A stretch of DNA of 34,173 bases, taken from positions 1 through 34,173 of the forward strand of contig JAQTUD010000004.1 in the NCBI GenBank assembly GCA_028710405.1, in the 5' to 3' direction. The notes under the pieces were generated by a model, which was given only the letters and a program-made list of their open reading frames with translations, did not search any database and was not told where the DNA came from. How positions within the stretch are numbered: the stretch's first letter is position 1; each line of letters starts with the position of its first letter. The translations under genes were made by a program, and so were the position numbers. Positions 24,114-33,049 of the stretch are shown piece by piece. This DNA is from Candidatus Omnitrophota bacterium (lineage in GTDB: Bacteria; Omnitrophota; Gorgyraeia; Gygaellales; Profunditerraquicolaceae).

Positions 24114-26096
24114 ATGAAGAAGGATAAATTAGTTATAGTAGAATCTCCGACCAAGGCCAAGACCATCAGCAGGATATTGGGGGATGATTTCTCCATAGTC
24201 TCCTCTATGGGGCATCTGATTGACCTGCCCAAGAAGGATCTGGGGGTAAATATTGAAGAAGGTTTTGTGCCCGAATATGTCACCATCACGGGCAGGCAGA
24301 AGATGCTCACCGCCTTAAAGAAAGAGGCCAAGGATAAAAAAATAATCTATGTGGCTACCGACCCTGACCGTGAAGGCGAGGCGATCGGCTGGCAGATCAA
24401 GAACCGTCTTTTTAAAAATAAGAAATTCCTGCGGGTAGTCTTTCATGAGATCACCCCGGCGGCAGTCAGGGAGGCCTTTAAGAATCCCCGCGAATTTGAC
24501 CTGAATATGATCGAGGCCCAGGCCGGCAGAAGGATCCTAGACAGGATCGTGGGTTATTTTTTAAGCCCTCTACTCTGGAAAAAAATCACCCGAGGTTTAA
24601 GCGCCGGCAGGGTGCAGTCTGTGGCTTTGCGGTTGATCATCGAGCGGGAGAGGCAGATCGAAAAGTTTATCCCCCAGGAATATTGGGAGATCCAGGCGCA
24701 GTTAGCAAAAGCTACCAGTAAGTTCCTGGCTAAATTAGATAAAATAGAGGATAAGAAGGCCCAGATAAAAAATAAGGAAGAAGCGGATAAACTGGTTGAA
24801 GATATAAAAGGTAAGCAGTTTATGGTCGCCGACGTTAAAAAGGCGCAGAAGAAACGCTATCCCTTGGCCCCTTTTATCACCAGCACCCTGCAGCAGGATG
24901 CATTTAATAAATTAAGGTTCAACGCCACCAGGACTATGATACTGGCCCAGCAGCTTTATGAAGGCATCGATATTGGAGAGGATAATCCAGTCGGCCTTAT
25001 TACTTATATGCGCACCGACTCCACGCATGTGGCGCCCGAGGCGATGAAAGAACTCAGAGGGTATATCTCCAGGCATTTCGGTAAAGAATATTTACCGGAG
25101 GCCCCCAATGTTTATAAGGTTAAAAAATTGGCTCAGGAGGCGCACGAAGCCATCCGTCCGAGTTTCATATCACATTCTCCGGAAAGTTTAAAGGAATTCT
25201 TAAGCCCGGACCAGTATAAATTGTATGAACTTATCTGGCGCCGTTTCCTATCCAGCCAAATGACCCCCGCCGAATACCTGGTAACCACGGTGAGCATCTC
25301 GGCGGAGAAATATTTATTCAGCGCCTCCGGAAGCCAGCAGGTATTTGACGGCTTCATGGCCGTCTACGATAAGAATAACGGCCAGGAGGAAGAAGAGGAT
25401 AACCAACAGGAGGCGGCCGATTCTATTCCGCCTTTAGAGAAGGGGGATATTCTAGAGCTCCTGGGACTTATTCCTTCTCAGCATTTTACTAAACCCCCGC
25501 CGCGTTTTTCAGATAGTTCCCTGATCAAGGCCCTGGAAGAGGACGGTATCGGCCGGCCTTCCACTTACGCGCCGATAGTCCAGACCCTTATCCTGCGTAA
25601 TTATATACGCCGTATCAAGGGTTATTTTAACCCTACGGAATTAGGGGTGAAGGTCTGCGACCTATTGGTAGAGTATTTCCCCAAGGTTATGGATGTGAAT
25701 TTTACAGCACAGATGGAAGAGGAGCTGGATGAAGTGGAGGAGGGGCGCCTGGATAGGCTTAAGGTATTGCAGGATTTTTATGTGCCCTTCAAGGCCAACC
25801 TGGATTTCGCGCAAGCCAATATCAAGAAGGAAGTCGTTTACACCGACCAAGTCTGCGATAAGTGCGGGGAGCCGATGATCGTCAAATGGGGCAGGAAAGG
25901 GAAATTCTTAAGCTGCTCTACTTTTCCCAAATGTAAAAATTCCAAGTCTATAACCAGCGGAGTAAAGTGCCCGCAGCCTGATTGCGGCGGGGAATTAATA
26001 GAACGCCGCTCCTCGCGCGGATTCTTCTATGGCTGCTCCAATTTCCCGAAGTGCACATTTACCTCCAGGACTCTTCCTCAGGAAAAAGAAGGGTGA
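24114..26096 (+). CDS. topA: DNA topoisomerase I with C-terminal zinc ribbons
   Basis: Toprim LVIVESPTKAKTI, topoisomerase IA core, three C4 zinc-ribbon repeats at the C-terminus. Confidence 0.9.
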   Translation: MKKDKLVIVESPTKAKTISRILGDDFSIVSSMGHLIDLPKKDLGVNIEEGFVPEYVTITGRQKMLTALKKEAKDKKIIYVATDPDREGEAIGWQIKNRLFKNKKFLRVVFHEITPAAVREAFKNPREFDLNMIEAQAGRRILDRIVGYFLSPLLWKKITRGLSAGRVQSVALRLIIERERQIEKFIPQEYWEIQAQLAKATSKFLAKLDKIEDKKAQIKNKEEADKLVEDIKGKQFMVADVKKAQKKRYPLAPFITSTLQQDAFNKLRFNATRTMILAQQLYEGIDIGEDNPVGLITYMRTDSTHVAPEAMKELRGYISRHFGKEYLPEAPNVYKVKKLAQEAHEAIRPSFISHSPESLKEFLSPDQYKLYELIWRRFLSSQMTPAEYLVTTVSISAEKYLFSASGSQQVFDGFMAVYDKNNGQEEEEDNQQEAADSIPPLEKGDILELLGLIPSQHFTKPPPRFSDSSLIKALEEDGIGRPSTYAPIVQTLILRNYIRRIKGYFNPTELGVKVCDLLVEYFPKVMDVNFTAQMEEELDEVEEGRLDRLKVLQDFYVPFKANLDFAQANIKKEVVYTDQVCDKCGEPMIVKWGRKGKFLSCSTFPKCKNSKSITSGVKCPQPDCGGELIERRSSRGFFYGCSNFPKCTFTSRTLPQEKEG

Positions 26097-26965
26097 TGGA
26101 AAAATATATTGAGAAATTCATCCGCTATTTAGAAATAGAAAAGAATTATTCCCGTCATACTATCCTGAATTACCGCCTTGACCTGAAAAGTTTCCAAGAA
26201 TTTTTAGGCCCCATAGAATTAGAAAAGATAGATTACCTTACTTTAAGAAAATACCTTGCCGCCTTAAGAGAAAAGAGCCTGGCCTCAAGGAGTATCGCCC
26301 GCCGGCTCTCGGCCCTGCGTAGTTTCTTCAGGTTCCTTGCCCGCGATGGTTATCTCAAGGTTAATCCTATCTTAAGCATATCCAGCCCCAAGTCAGAGAA
26401 ACACCTGCCGCAATTTATGACCGAAGAAGAGGTAAAGAAACTAATTGAATCCGCCTTCGCGAAAAATGATTCAGATTTAAGAGGGTTACGTGACCGGGCA
26501 GTGCTGGAGACTTTCTATTCTACGGGCATCAGGATCTCGGAGTTAGCGGCATTAAGCCTGGATGATGTTGATTTTATCGGGGGAGTGGTCACGGTAAAGG
26601 GTAAGGGGAAGAAGGAGCGGATGGTCCCTATCGGGGATACGGCAACTATGGCTATCAGAAAGTATCTACAGAAGAGGAAGAAGGAATCCCCGGCCTTATT
26701 TTTAAATAGAAGCGCCAGGCGCATCACTGACCGCGGGATACGCAATATCGTGGGTAAATATATACGCCTGGCGGGGTTAAAGAGTAAGGTCTGTCCGCAT
26801 ACCTTCAGGCATTCCTTTGCCACGCATCTATTGAACCGCGGGGCGGACCTGCGCACGGTGCAGGAATTGTTGGGGCACGCTAACCTTGCCACTACCCAGA
26901 TTTACACGCATCTGACTACTGAGAGATTGAAGAGCGTATATGACAAGGCGCATCCGCGGGCGTAA
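26096..26965 (+). CDS. xerC: Tyrosine recombinase XerC/XerD family
   Basis: MEKYIEKFIRYLEIEKNYSRHTILNYRLDL N-terminal SAM-like domain. Catalytic R..HxxR..Y (RHSFATHLL...LGHANLATTQIYTHL). ATG overlaps the topA stop. The long N-terminal extension from 25982 is rejected. Confidence 0.85.
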   Translation: MEKYIEKFIRYLEIEKNYSRHTILNYRLDLKSFQEFLGPIELEKIDYLTLRKYLAALREKSLASRSIARRLSALRSFFRFLARDGYLKVNPILSISSPKSEKHLPQFMTEEEVKKLIESAFAKNDSDLRGLRDRAVLETFYSTGIRISELAALSLDDVDFIGGVVTVKGKGKKERMVPIGDTATMAIRKYLQKRKKESPALFLNRSARRITDRGIRNIVGKYIRLAGLKSKVCPHTFRHSFATHLLNRGADLRTVQELLGHANLATTQIYTHLTTERLKSVYDKAHPRA

Positions 26966-27013
26966 ATAAAGTAAAGAAGCAAGAAAGTAAAAAACAGTAG
27001 GAAAGTAGAGACG

Positions 27014-28285
27014 ATGTTTATTGTATATGACATAATATTTTTGATCATAGCGATATTTTTTCTGCCGGTGTATTTATTCCGCGGGAAATTCCACGGCGGA
27101 TTCTGGGCGCGGCTGGGATTCTTCTCCAAAGACCTGAAATTAGATAAACCCATCTGGGTGCACGCGGTGAGCGTGGGAGAGGCGATGGCCGCCAAGGAAT
27201 TAATCGCGGGGTTAAGAAAGGCCTATCCGGCAAAGAGGCTGGTTATCTCTACGGTTACGCCTACGGGGAATAAAATCGCCCGCGGCCTTGCCACCGAAAC
27301 AGACCTAGTGACTTATCTGCCCTTAGATTTCAGCTTTAGCGTGCGCACTGCCATAAAAAGAATAGACCCTTCTTTATTTATCATAGTTGAGACCGAACTC
27401 TGGCCGAATCTAATTAGTTATCTGCATAAGAAAAAAATCCCCGTAGTCATTGTCAACGGCAGGCTCTCCGATGATTCCTTCAGGGGTTATTCAGCGATAA
27501 AGTTCTTGTTAAAATCCGTGCTCAAAAAAGTGAGCCTTTTTTGCGTGCAGAGCGAGAATGATAAGCGTAAGTTAATCTCGCTGGGCGTAAGCCAGGAGGA
27601 TATTCAGGTTACCGGGAATATGAAGTTTGACGCCACCGGCCTTAAGATCGAGGCGAACACTCTTATCCAGTGCCGCCGGAATTTAGCGCTGGAGGAGACG
27701 GATAAGCTTTGGGTCTGCGGCTCAACACACCCCGGAGAAGAAAAGATGCTTCTTGAGGCCTATAAAAATTTACTCAAAAGTTACCCCGCGCTTAAGTTAC
27801 TGATCGCCCCGCGGCATCCGGAGCGCGCGCAGGAAGTGGCGGATTTAATAAAGCGTTTTAATTTTGAACCCGTAAGGTTAAGCCTGCTGAACTTAAGAAC
27901 TGAAGAACTAAAGAACTTAAGAGCTGTGTTTATCCTGGACACCGTCGGCCAGATGATGGATTACTACGCCCTGGCGGATATTGTTTTTGTCGGCGGCACT
28001 TTAGTTAAAAAGGGCGGGCATAATATTTTAGAGCCGGCCTCCCTGGGTAAAGCCATTCTCTTTGGGCCGTATATGTTCAATTTCCGGGATATCGCGGAGC
28101 TATTTTTAGCACGCCAGGCCGCGATTCTGGTGTATAATACCACGGAGTTAGAAAAAAAGATAAGCCAGCTCTTAGATGCTCCTTCCGGCGCGCTGGTATT
28201 AGCTCAGAGGGCAAGGGATACTATTACCTTGGGCTCCGGGGCTACGACAAGGAACCTGGAACTGATAAAGAGGTACGCGCGTTGA
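27014..28285 (+). CDS. waaA: 3-deoxy-D-manno-octulosonic acid (KDO) transferase
   Basis: N-terminal TM, ...IWVHAVSVGEAMAAKELI... and glycosyltransferase region typical of KdtA/WaaA. Confidence 0.85.
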   Translation: MFIVYDIIFLIIAIFFLPVYLFRGKFHGGFWARLGFFSKDLKLDKPIWVHAVSVGEAMAAKELIAGLRKAYPAKRLVISTVTPTGNKIARGLATETDLVTYLPLDFSFSVRTAIKRIDPSLFIIVETELWPNLISYLHKKKIPVVIVNGRLSDDSFRGYSAIKFLLKSVLKKVSLFCVQSENDKRKLISLGVSQEDIQVTGNMKFDATGLKIEANTLIQCRRNLALEETDKLWVCGSTHPGEEKMLLEAYKNLLKSYPALKLLIAPRHPERAQEVADLIKRFNFEPVRLSLLNLRTEELKNLRAVFILDTVGQMMDYYALADIVFVGGTLVKKGGHNILEPASLGKAILFGPYMFNFRDIAELFLARQAAILVYNTTELEKKISQLLDAPSGALVLAQRARDTITLGSGATTRNLELIKRYAR

Positions 28286-29487
28286 GCACGCCAAAGATCA
28301 AACGGATACTGATCATTTCTTCGGATAAAAGCCTGATCGACGTTTTGACTTTTTGTTTTGACGGATGGGGTTATGAGGTCTTTCTGCAGCATAATATGGC
28401 CCCGGACATAGATGTGATAAAGAGGGTATCTCCGGACGTGATCGTGGTGGATATTGACGCCGCGCACAAATCTGAAATCGGTATCTGCCGGACGCTAAAA
28501 GACGATTTTATGACCGCTTTCGTGCCGGTAATCGCGATCATCAATAAACGCCAGCTAAGGCAGCAGCTTCTGGATATCAGGCAGGGAGTGGATGATTACC
28601 TGATCAAGCCGCCTGACCCGCTGGACCTGCGCACCAGGGTCGAGATGGCGATCAAGAGGTCGCAGTATAGCATTTACACCAGCCCGCTTACCGGCCTGCC
28701 CGGCGGCAGGATCATTGAGGAGACCATTAAGGATAAGATAAAAGAAGGATTCCCGTTGTCGTTCGCACATCTTGATATAGACAATTTTAAATATTTCAAT
28801 GATGCCTACGGATACCTCAGGGGCGACAGGGTGATCATGCAGACTGCCTACCTGCTCTATGCCACCATTAAGAGGTTCGGTAATAACAGGGATTTTATCG
28901 GCCATATCGGCGGAGACGACTTTATGTTCATCAGCACCCCGGAAAAATGCGCGCAGATCTGCCATAATTTTATCCAACTCTTTGAGAAGGTGACTCCTTT
29001 TCATTATTCGTCCAAAGAGAGGGAGTGTGGTTTTATCGTAGCCAAGGACAGGGCGCGTAAGATAAAAGAGATCCCGCTGATGAGTATTTCTATAGCAATA
29101 GTGAATAAATCCGGGCCGCAGCATTTTAAGAACGCGGTGGAGATAAACGAGAAGATGGCGGAGATAAAATGTTATCTCAAGAGTATGCCGGGGAGTAAAT
29201 TTATGGCCGACCGCCGCAGCGCCACACCTGAATATGCGCAGGGCCCGCAATTCCGGCCCAAAGGAGAAAAGACAATCAGTTTATACAAGCCCCTGGGGCA
29301 GATCTTGATAGAGAGAAGCCTGGTTACTCCGGAGCAGCTTGATGAGGCACTCAAGACCCACTGGAAGAGGGGGGTTCAGCTGGGGGAGATCCTTAAGGAA
29401 TTGAAGCTTATCAGAGACATAGACCTACAGGAGGCATTAAAGGCGCAAGGGTCAATACCGCTTGCGCGTATTCAGGAGCAGCGATGA
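28282..29487 (+). CDS. Response-regulator receiver + degenerate GGDEF (GGDDF) + C-terminal MshEN-like tandem motif (putative c-di-GMP signalling/receptor protein); TTG start
   Basis: REC: RILIISSDKSL...DVIVVDID...VPVIAII. GGDEF-domain core with HIGGDDF. C-terminal PLGQILIERSLVTPEQLDEALKTH + QLGEILKELKLIRDIDLQEALKAQ resemble the 24-aa MshEN/T2SSE_N c-di-GMP-binding repeats. Confidence 0.7.
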   Translation: MSTPKIKRILIISSDKSLIDVLTFCFDGWGYEVFLQHNMAPDIDVIKRVSPDVIVVDIDAAHKSEIGICRTLKDDFMTAFVPVIAIINKRQLRQQLLDIRQGVDDYLIKPPDPLDLRTRVEMAIKRSQYSIYTSPLTGLPGGRIIEETIKDKIKEGFPLSFAHLDIDNFKYFNDAYGYLRGDRVIMQTAYLLYATIKRFGNNRDFIGHIGGDDFMFISTPEKCAQICHNFIQLFEKVTPFHYSSKERECGFIVAKDRARKIKEIPLMSISIAIVNKSGPQHFKNAVEINEKMAEIKCYLKSMPGSKFMADRRSATPEYAQGPQFRPKGEKTISLYKPLGQILIERSLVTPEQLDEALKTHWKRGVQLGEILKELKLIRDIDLQEALKAQGSIPLARIQEQR

Positions 29488-30902
29488 GAAAGATGCGTTT
29501 TATCTTTAGCAGTTTCTGTGTCAAGGTCATCATAACGCTTATTCTTTCTATATTTTTTGTTATGGCTTTAAGCAGCCTGCTTGTCTATAAATTTGCCCTG
29601 GATTCTCAATTCCATCAATTAAGGGAGAGGTTGAAGATAATCGCCTCTACCGCCGCGTTGATGGTGGATGCCGAGTCGCTTAAACAGGTCCCCTTGAACG
29701 CCGAGGGGATAAACAGCCCGGCTTATCTGGCTGTGGCCGCTAAGTTAAAAAAGATCAAAGAAGTAAATCCCACCCTGAAATATATTTATACCATGGCCAG
29801 GACCGATGATCCGCGTTTCCTACAATTCGTGGTTGACCCGGACCCCATGGTCAATGTCCGCGGCAAAACAACAGTTACTTCTTACCCTGGTGACAGGTAT
29901 GATACCATCTCTTGTCCGGATATAATTCAGGCCTTTGATGGGCCGGCCGCGGATAAGAAATTGGTAATTGACGATTGGGGGGTTTTTCTCTCCGGGTATG
30001 CCCCGGTTCATGATAAATCCGGCAGGGCGCAATACATCCTGGGCGTGGATATGGCAGCCCAAGATATCTATGCCTTGCAGGGGCAGGTAAGCCGCCGGGT
30101 GATGCTGGTGTTAGGCATCGGTTTTCTAATGTCGGTTCTTTTTGGGCTTTTTATTTCTTTCGGGATCACCAGCCGGATCAGGAAGCTGGTAGAGGGGACG
30201 CGGCGCATTGCTGCCGAAGACCTGGAATATAAAGTAGAAGTAAAGGGGCACGATGAGATCAGCGAATTAGCCAGCTCTTTTAACCTTATGGCCACCAGCC
30301 TTTCTGAATCCAAGGGCAGGCTGCAGGATTATTTCTACCGGGTAGTGCAGTCCCTGGTGCGCATCCTGGAAGCAAAGGATGCTTACACCAAGGGGCATTC
30401 GGATAGGGTTGCCAATTACGCCCAGGCGATCGCCCTGAATATGGGGTTTGCCCAGAACAAGGTAGAGCTTGTGAGAAAGGCCGCGCAGCTGCACGATATA
30501 GGAAAGTTGGCGGTCCATGAAGGCATCCTGAACAAAAAGGAGGCCCTTACCGAGGAGGAATGGAGAATTATCAAAGAGCATCCCATAATCGGGGAAGAGG
30601 TATTAAAGCCGGTCCTGCTGGATGAGGAGATGTTGTCTATGGTCAGGTCGCATCATGAGCGTTACGACGGGGGCGGATATCCCGACAAGATAAAAGGCGA
30701 CGCGATAAATATTTTTGCCCAGATAATTTCCGTGGCTGACGCTTATGACGCCATGACCTCTCCGCGCGCATACCGAGAAGCCAGGGATAAAGAAAAAGCC
30801 ATAACGGAATTAAAAAATAATAGTGGCAGCCAGTTTAATACCCAGGTAGTAAAGGCATTCCTTAAAGTATTGGCCCAGCAAGAAAAGGAGGCAGGGAAAT
30901 GA
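29484..30902 (+). CDS. Membrane sensor HD-GYP phosphodiesterase (periplasmic sensor-TM-HAMP-HD-GYP)
   Basis: Two TMs flanking an approximately 170-aa periplasmic domain, HAMP-like linker, HD...LHDIGK...HHERYDGGGYPD HD-GYP motifs. Confidence 0.8.
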   Translation: MRKMRFIFSSFCVKVIITLILSIFFVMALSSLLVYKFALDSQFHQLRERLKIIASTAALMVDAESLKQVPLNAEGINSPAYLAVAAKLKKIKEVNPTLKYIYTMARTDDPRFLQFVVDPDPMVNVRGKTTVTSYPGDRYDTISCPDIIQAFDGPAADKKLVIDDWGVFLSGYAPVHDKSGRAQYILGVDMAAQDIYALQGQVSRRVMLVLGIGFLMSVLFGLFISFGITSRIRKLVEGTRRIAAEDLEYKVEVKGHDEISELASSFNLMATSLSESKGRLQDYFYRVVQSLVRILEAKDAYTKGHSDRVANYAQAIALNMGFAQNKVELVRKAAQLHDIGKLAVHEGILNKKEALTEEEWRIIKEHPIIGEEVLKPVLLDEEMLSMVRSHHERYDGGGYPDKIKGDAINIFAQIISVADAYDAMTSPRAYREARDKEKAITELKNNSGSQFNTQVVKAFLKVLAQQEKEAGK

Positions 30903-31864
30903 AAGCCGTAGAGATAACCGCCAAGGACCTCAGGCCGGAAGATTTCATTAAAGAAAAAGTAAAAGATATTTCTCAGGCGGTTGGTCAAGGCCTGGCGATC
31001 AACGCGCTCTCCGGAGGAGTGGATTCCTCCGCGGTCACTATGCTGGGGCACAAGGCCCTGGGGGATAGGTTAAAGACCTATTTCATCAATAACGGCATTA
31101 TGCGCCAGGGGGAGCCGGAAGAGATAGTTTCTATATTCAAGAGATTAGGCGTGCCCGTGGAAGTCATCGACGCCCAGGATAATTTTTTCTCGGCCTTAAA
31201 AGGGGTTACTGACCCGGAGAAGAAGAGGGAGGCGATCACCCAGACTTTCTACAAAGATGTATTTGCTGAGCTGGTGAAAAAGAGCGGCGCCAAATATCTG
31301 CTCCAGGGCACGATCCTTACTGATGTGGATGAAACAGTCGCCGGGATAAAAAGACAACACAATGTCTTTATGCAATTAGGCATAGACCCGCAGGCAGCTT
31401 TCGGATATAAAATTATTGAGCCACTGGTTGAGTTGCGTAAGGATGGAGTAAGAAAAGTCGCTGCGGCCTTAGGGATGCCGGAGAAGATATATAACCGTAT
31501 GCCTTTTCCCGGCCCGGCTTTAGCTGCCAGGGTCATCGGGGAGGCTACTCCGGAGAGGATAAAGGTGGCCAGGCTCGCCACCATGATCGTGGAAGAAGAG
31601 TTATCCGCAAGCCGGGCCTTTCAGTACATGGCAATTTTACATCAGGATAGGGTCACCGGCATGCGGGATGGTAAAAGGGACTTTGGTCTGCAGATTGAAA
31701 TCCGCTCCTGGGATAGCACTGACGCCCGGAAAGCCCAGCCGACCAGATTACCATATGAAATCTTAGATAAACTGGCCAGCCGGATAGTCGGGGAGGTCCC
31801 GGGAGTAGTAAGCGTTACTTATAATATTACCCAGAAGCCGCCTTCTACTATAGAGGCGGTTTAA
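30899..31864 (+). CDS. guaA: Stand-alone GMP synthase ATP-pyrophosphatase (PP-loop) subunit, GuaA C-terminal-domain homologue
   Basis: PP-loop SGGVDSS, ...QGTILTDVDE..., dimerisation domain MPFPGPALAARVIGE. No glutamine amidotransferase domain in this ORF. Confidence 0.7.
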   Translation: MKAVEITAKDLRPEDFIKEKVKDISQAVGQGLAINALSGGVDSSAVTMLGHKALGDRLKTYFINNGIMRQGEPEEIVSIFKRLGVPVEVIDAQDNFFSALKGVTDPEKKREAITQTFYKDVFAELVKKSGAKYLLQGTILTDVDETVAGIKRQHNVFMQLGIDPQAAFGYKIIEPLVELRKDGVRKVAAALGMPEKIYNRMPFPGPALAARVIGEATPERIKVARLATMIVEEELSASRAFQYMAILHQDRVTGMRDGKRDFGLQIEIRSWDSTDARKAQPTRLPYEILDKLASRIVGEVPGVVSVTYNITQKPPSTIEAV

Positions 31865-31881
31865 CTTCAGATAGGATAAAG

Positions 31882-32607
31882 ATGCCATTAGAGATAAGAG
31901 TAGGGCAGAAGAATAATATCATCAAGTTGGACCTGGCCGGCCGCATTGATATAGACTCCGCAAACCTCATTGAGGTCATCGGACAATGCCTGCACGACGG
32001 ATACACCGATATACTCTGTAATTTTGAAGAAGTGGAGTTTATTGATTATATGGGTGTTTCGCTGATCGTGGTTGCCTACAAAGAGATCGCCAATAACCGC
32101 GGGAGGATGAAATTCCTGAATATCCCGACGCATCTTAGGGGGATATTCTCTATCTGCGGGTTGGATAAGATCATTGAAATATACGCCGAAGAGGACGCGG
32201 CGGTAAATAGTTTTAGCGAGGATAAGGCGATAGAGAATATCAAGAAGATGCAGTTACGGCGCCGCTTTAAGCGCCTGCCTATTGATATCAAGGTGGAGTT
32301 GAAAGCTGTTCAGCAGAATAGCCCGGCTTGTTATAAGGTAGATATACTGGATTTAAGCGGAGTAGGCGCGTATATATTCGGCTGTGATAAATTCAAGCTG
32401 GGTGATGATGTGGTGATAAGGCTGAAGCTTTCCCCCAAACAGGAGCAGATAGACCTGGAGGCCAGGGTAGTCTGGCTCTCCGACAAACAGGTGCAGCATC
32501 AGATCCACCCCGGGATGGGAGTGGAATTCCGTAATATTCCCACCACCCTGCAGCAGAAACTCGTGGAATTCATTGAAAGAAACCTCTCTTTTACCTCTAC
32601 GGAATAA
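31882..32607 (+). CDS. STAS (anti-sigma-factor antagonist-like) - PilZ fusion protein
   Basis: N-terminal STAS (IKLDLAGRIDIDSAN...EVEFIDYMGVSLIV...). C-terminal PilZ with RRRFKR (RxxxR) and DLSGVGAYI (DxSxxG). Confidence 0.7.
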   Translation: MPLEIRVGQKNNIIKLDLAGRIDIDSANLIEVIGQCLHDGYTDILCNFEEVEFIDYMGVSLIVVAYKEIANNRGRMKFLNIPTHLRGIFSICGLDKIIEIYAEEDAAVNSFSEDKAIENIKKMQLRRRFKRLPIDIKVELKAVQQNSPACYKVDILDLSGVGAYIFGCDKFKLGDDVVIRLKLSPKQEQIDLEARVVWLSDKQVQHQIHPGMGVEFRNIPTTLQQKLVEFIERNLSFTSTE

Positions 32608-32699
32608 CCCGTCTTTTTGAGGGAGCAAAAAATCCCTATCTTTATGTAAAGCATAGAGTTTCCTGCTTGCTTAAACCCGATTTCCCGCGCATAAAACAT

Positions 32700-32729
32700 A
32701 TTGCCTCCGGCCGGCTATTGTGCTAAAAT
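32700..32729 (+). promoter_or_regulatory. Sigma70-type promoter with extended -10 for the UPF0016 gene
   Basis: -35 TTGCCT (32701-32706), 17-nt spacer ending TGc, -10 TAAAAT (32724-32729). Confidence 0.45.
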
Positions 32730-32769
32730 CATACTTCTTATAGTTGCATTTATAACGCGGAGGTTTATA

Positions 32770-33042
32770 ATGGGATGGAAGGTCTTTTTTATGACATTTG
32801 GGGCGGTATTTGTGGCTGAATTGGCGGATAAGACCCAGTTGGTGGGGATAGGCATGAGTGCTAAGTCCGGTAAGCCAGCCTGGGTATGGCTGGGTTCTGT
32901 CTGCGGCTATATGGTGGTAACATTGATCTCGGTTATCATCGGCGCGCTTGGCGCCAAATACCTTAACCCTGAAGTAATCAGGTATCTGGGAGGCTCAATA
33001 TTTATTATTATGGGTTTATTGATGTTTTTAAAGCTGGTATAG
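32770..33042 (+). CDS. Single-repeat UPF0016 (GDT1/TMEM165-like) membrane protein
   Basis: GGAGG RBS then ATG 32770. Motif ELADKTQL (E-x-G-D-K-T type) in the first TM. 3 TM, 90 aa. The upstream in-frame extension lacks an RBS. Confidence 0.6.
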   Translation: MGWKVFFMTFGAVFVAELADKTQLVGIGMSAKSGKPAWVWLGSVCGYMVVTLISVIIGALGAKYLNPEVIRYLGGSIFIIMGLLMFLKLV

Positions 33043-33049
33043 GAGTAAA

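Noticed and set aside
25982-26095. N-terminal extension of xerC overlapping the topA 3' end
   Set aside because: The recombinase N-terminal domain starts at the MEKYIEKF ATG (26096) that overlaps the topA stop. The extension is the out-of-frame topA tail.
28555-29250. 231-aa minus-strand ORF inside the REC-GGDEF gene
   Set aside because: Antisense shadow ORF. The sense strand has clear domain homology.
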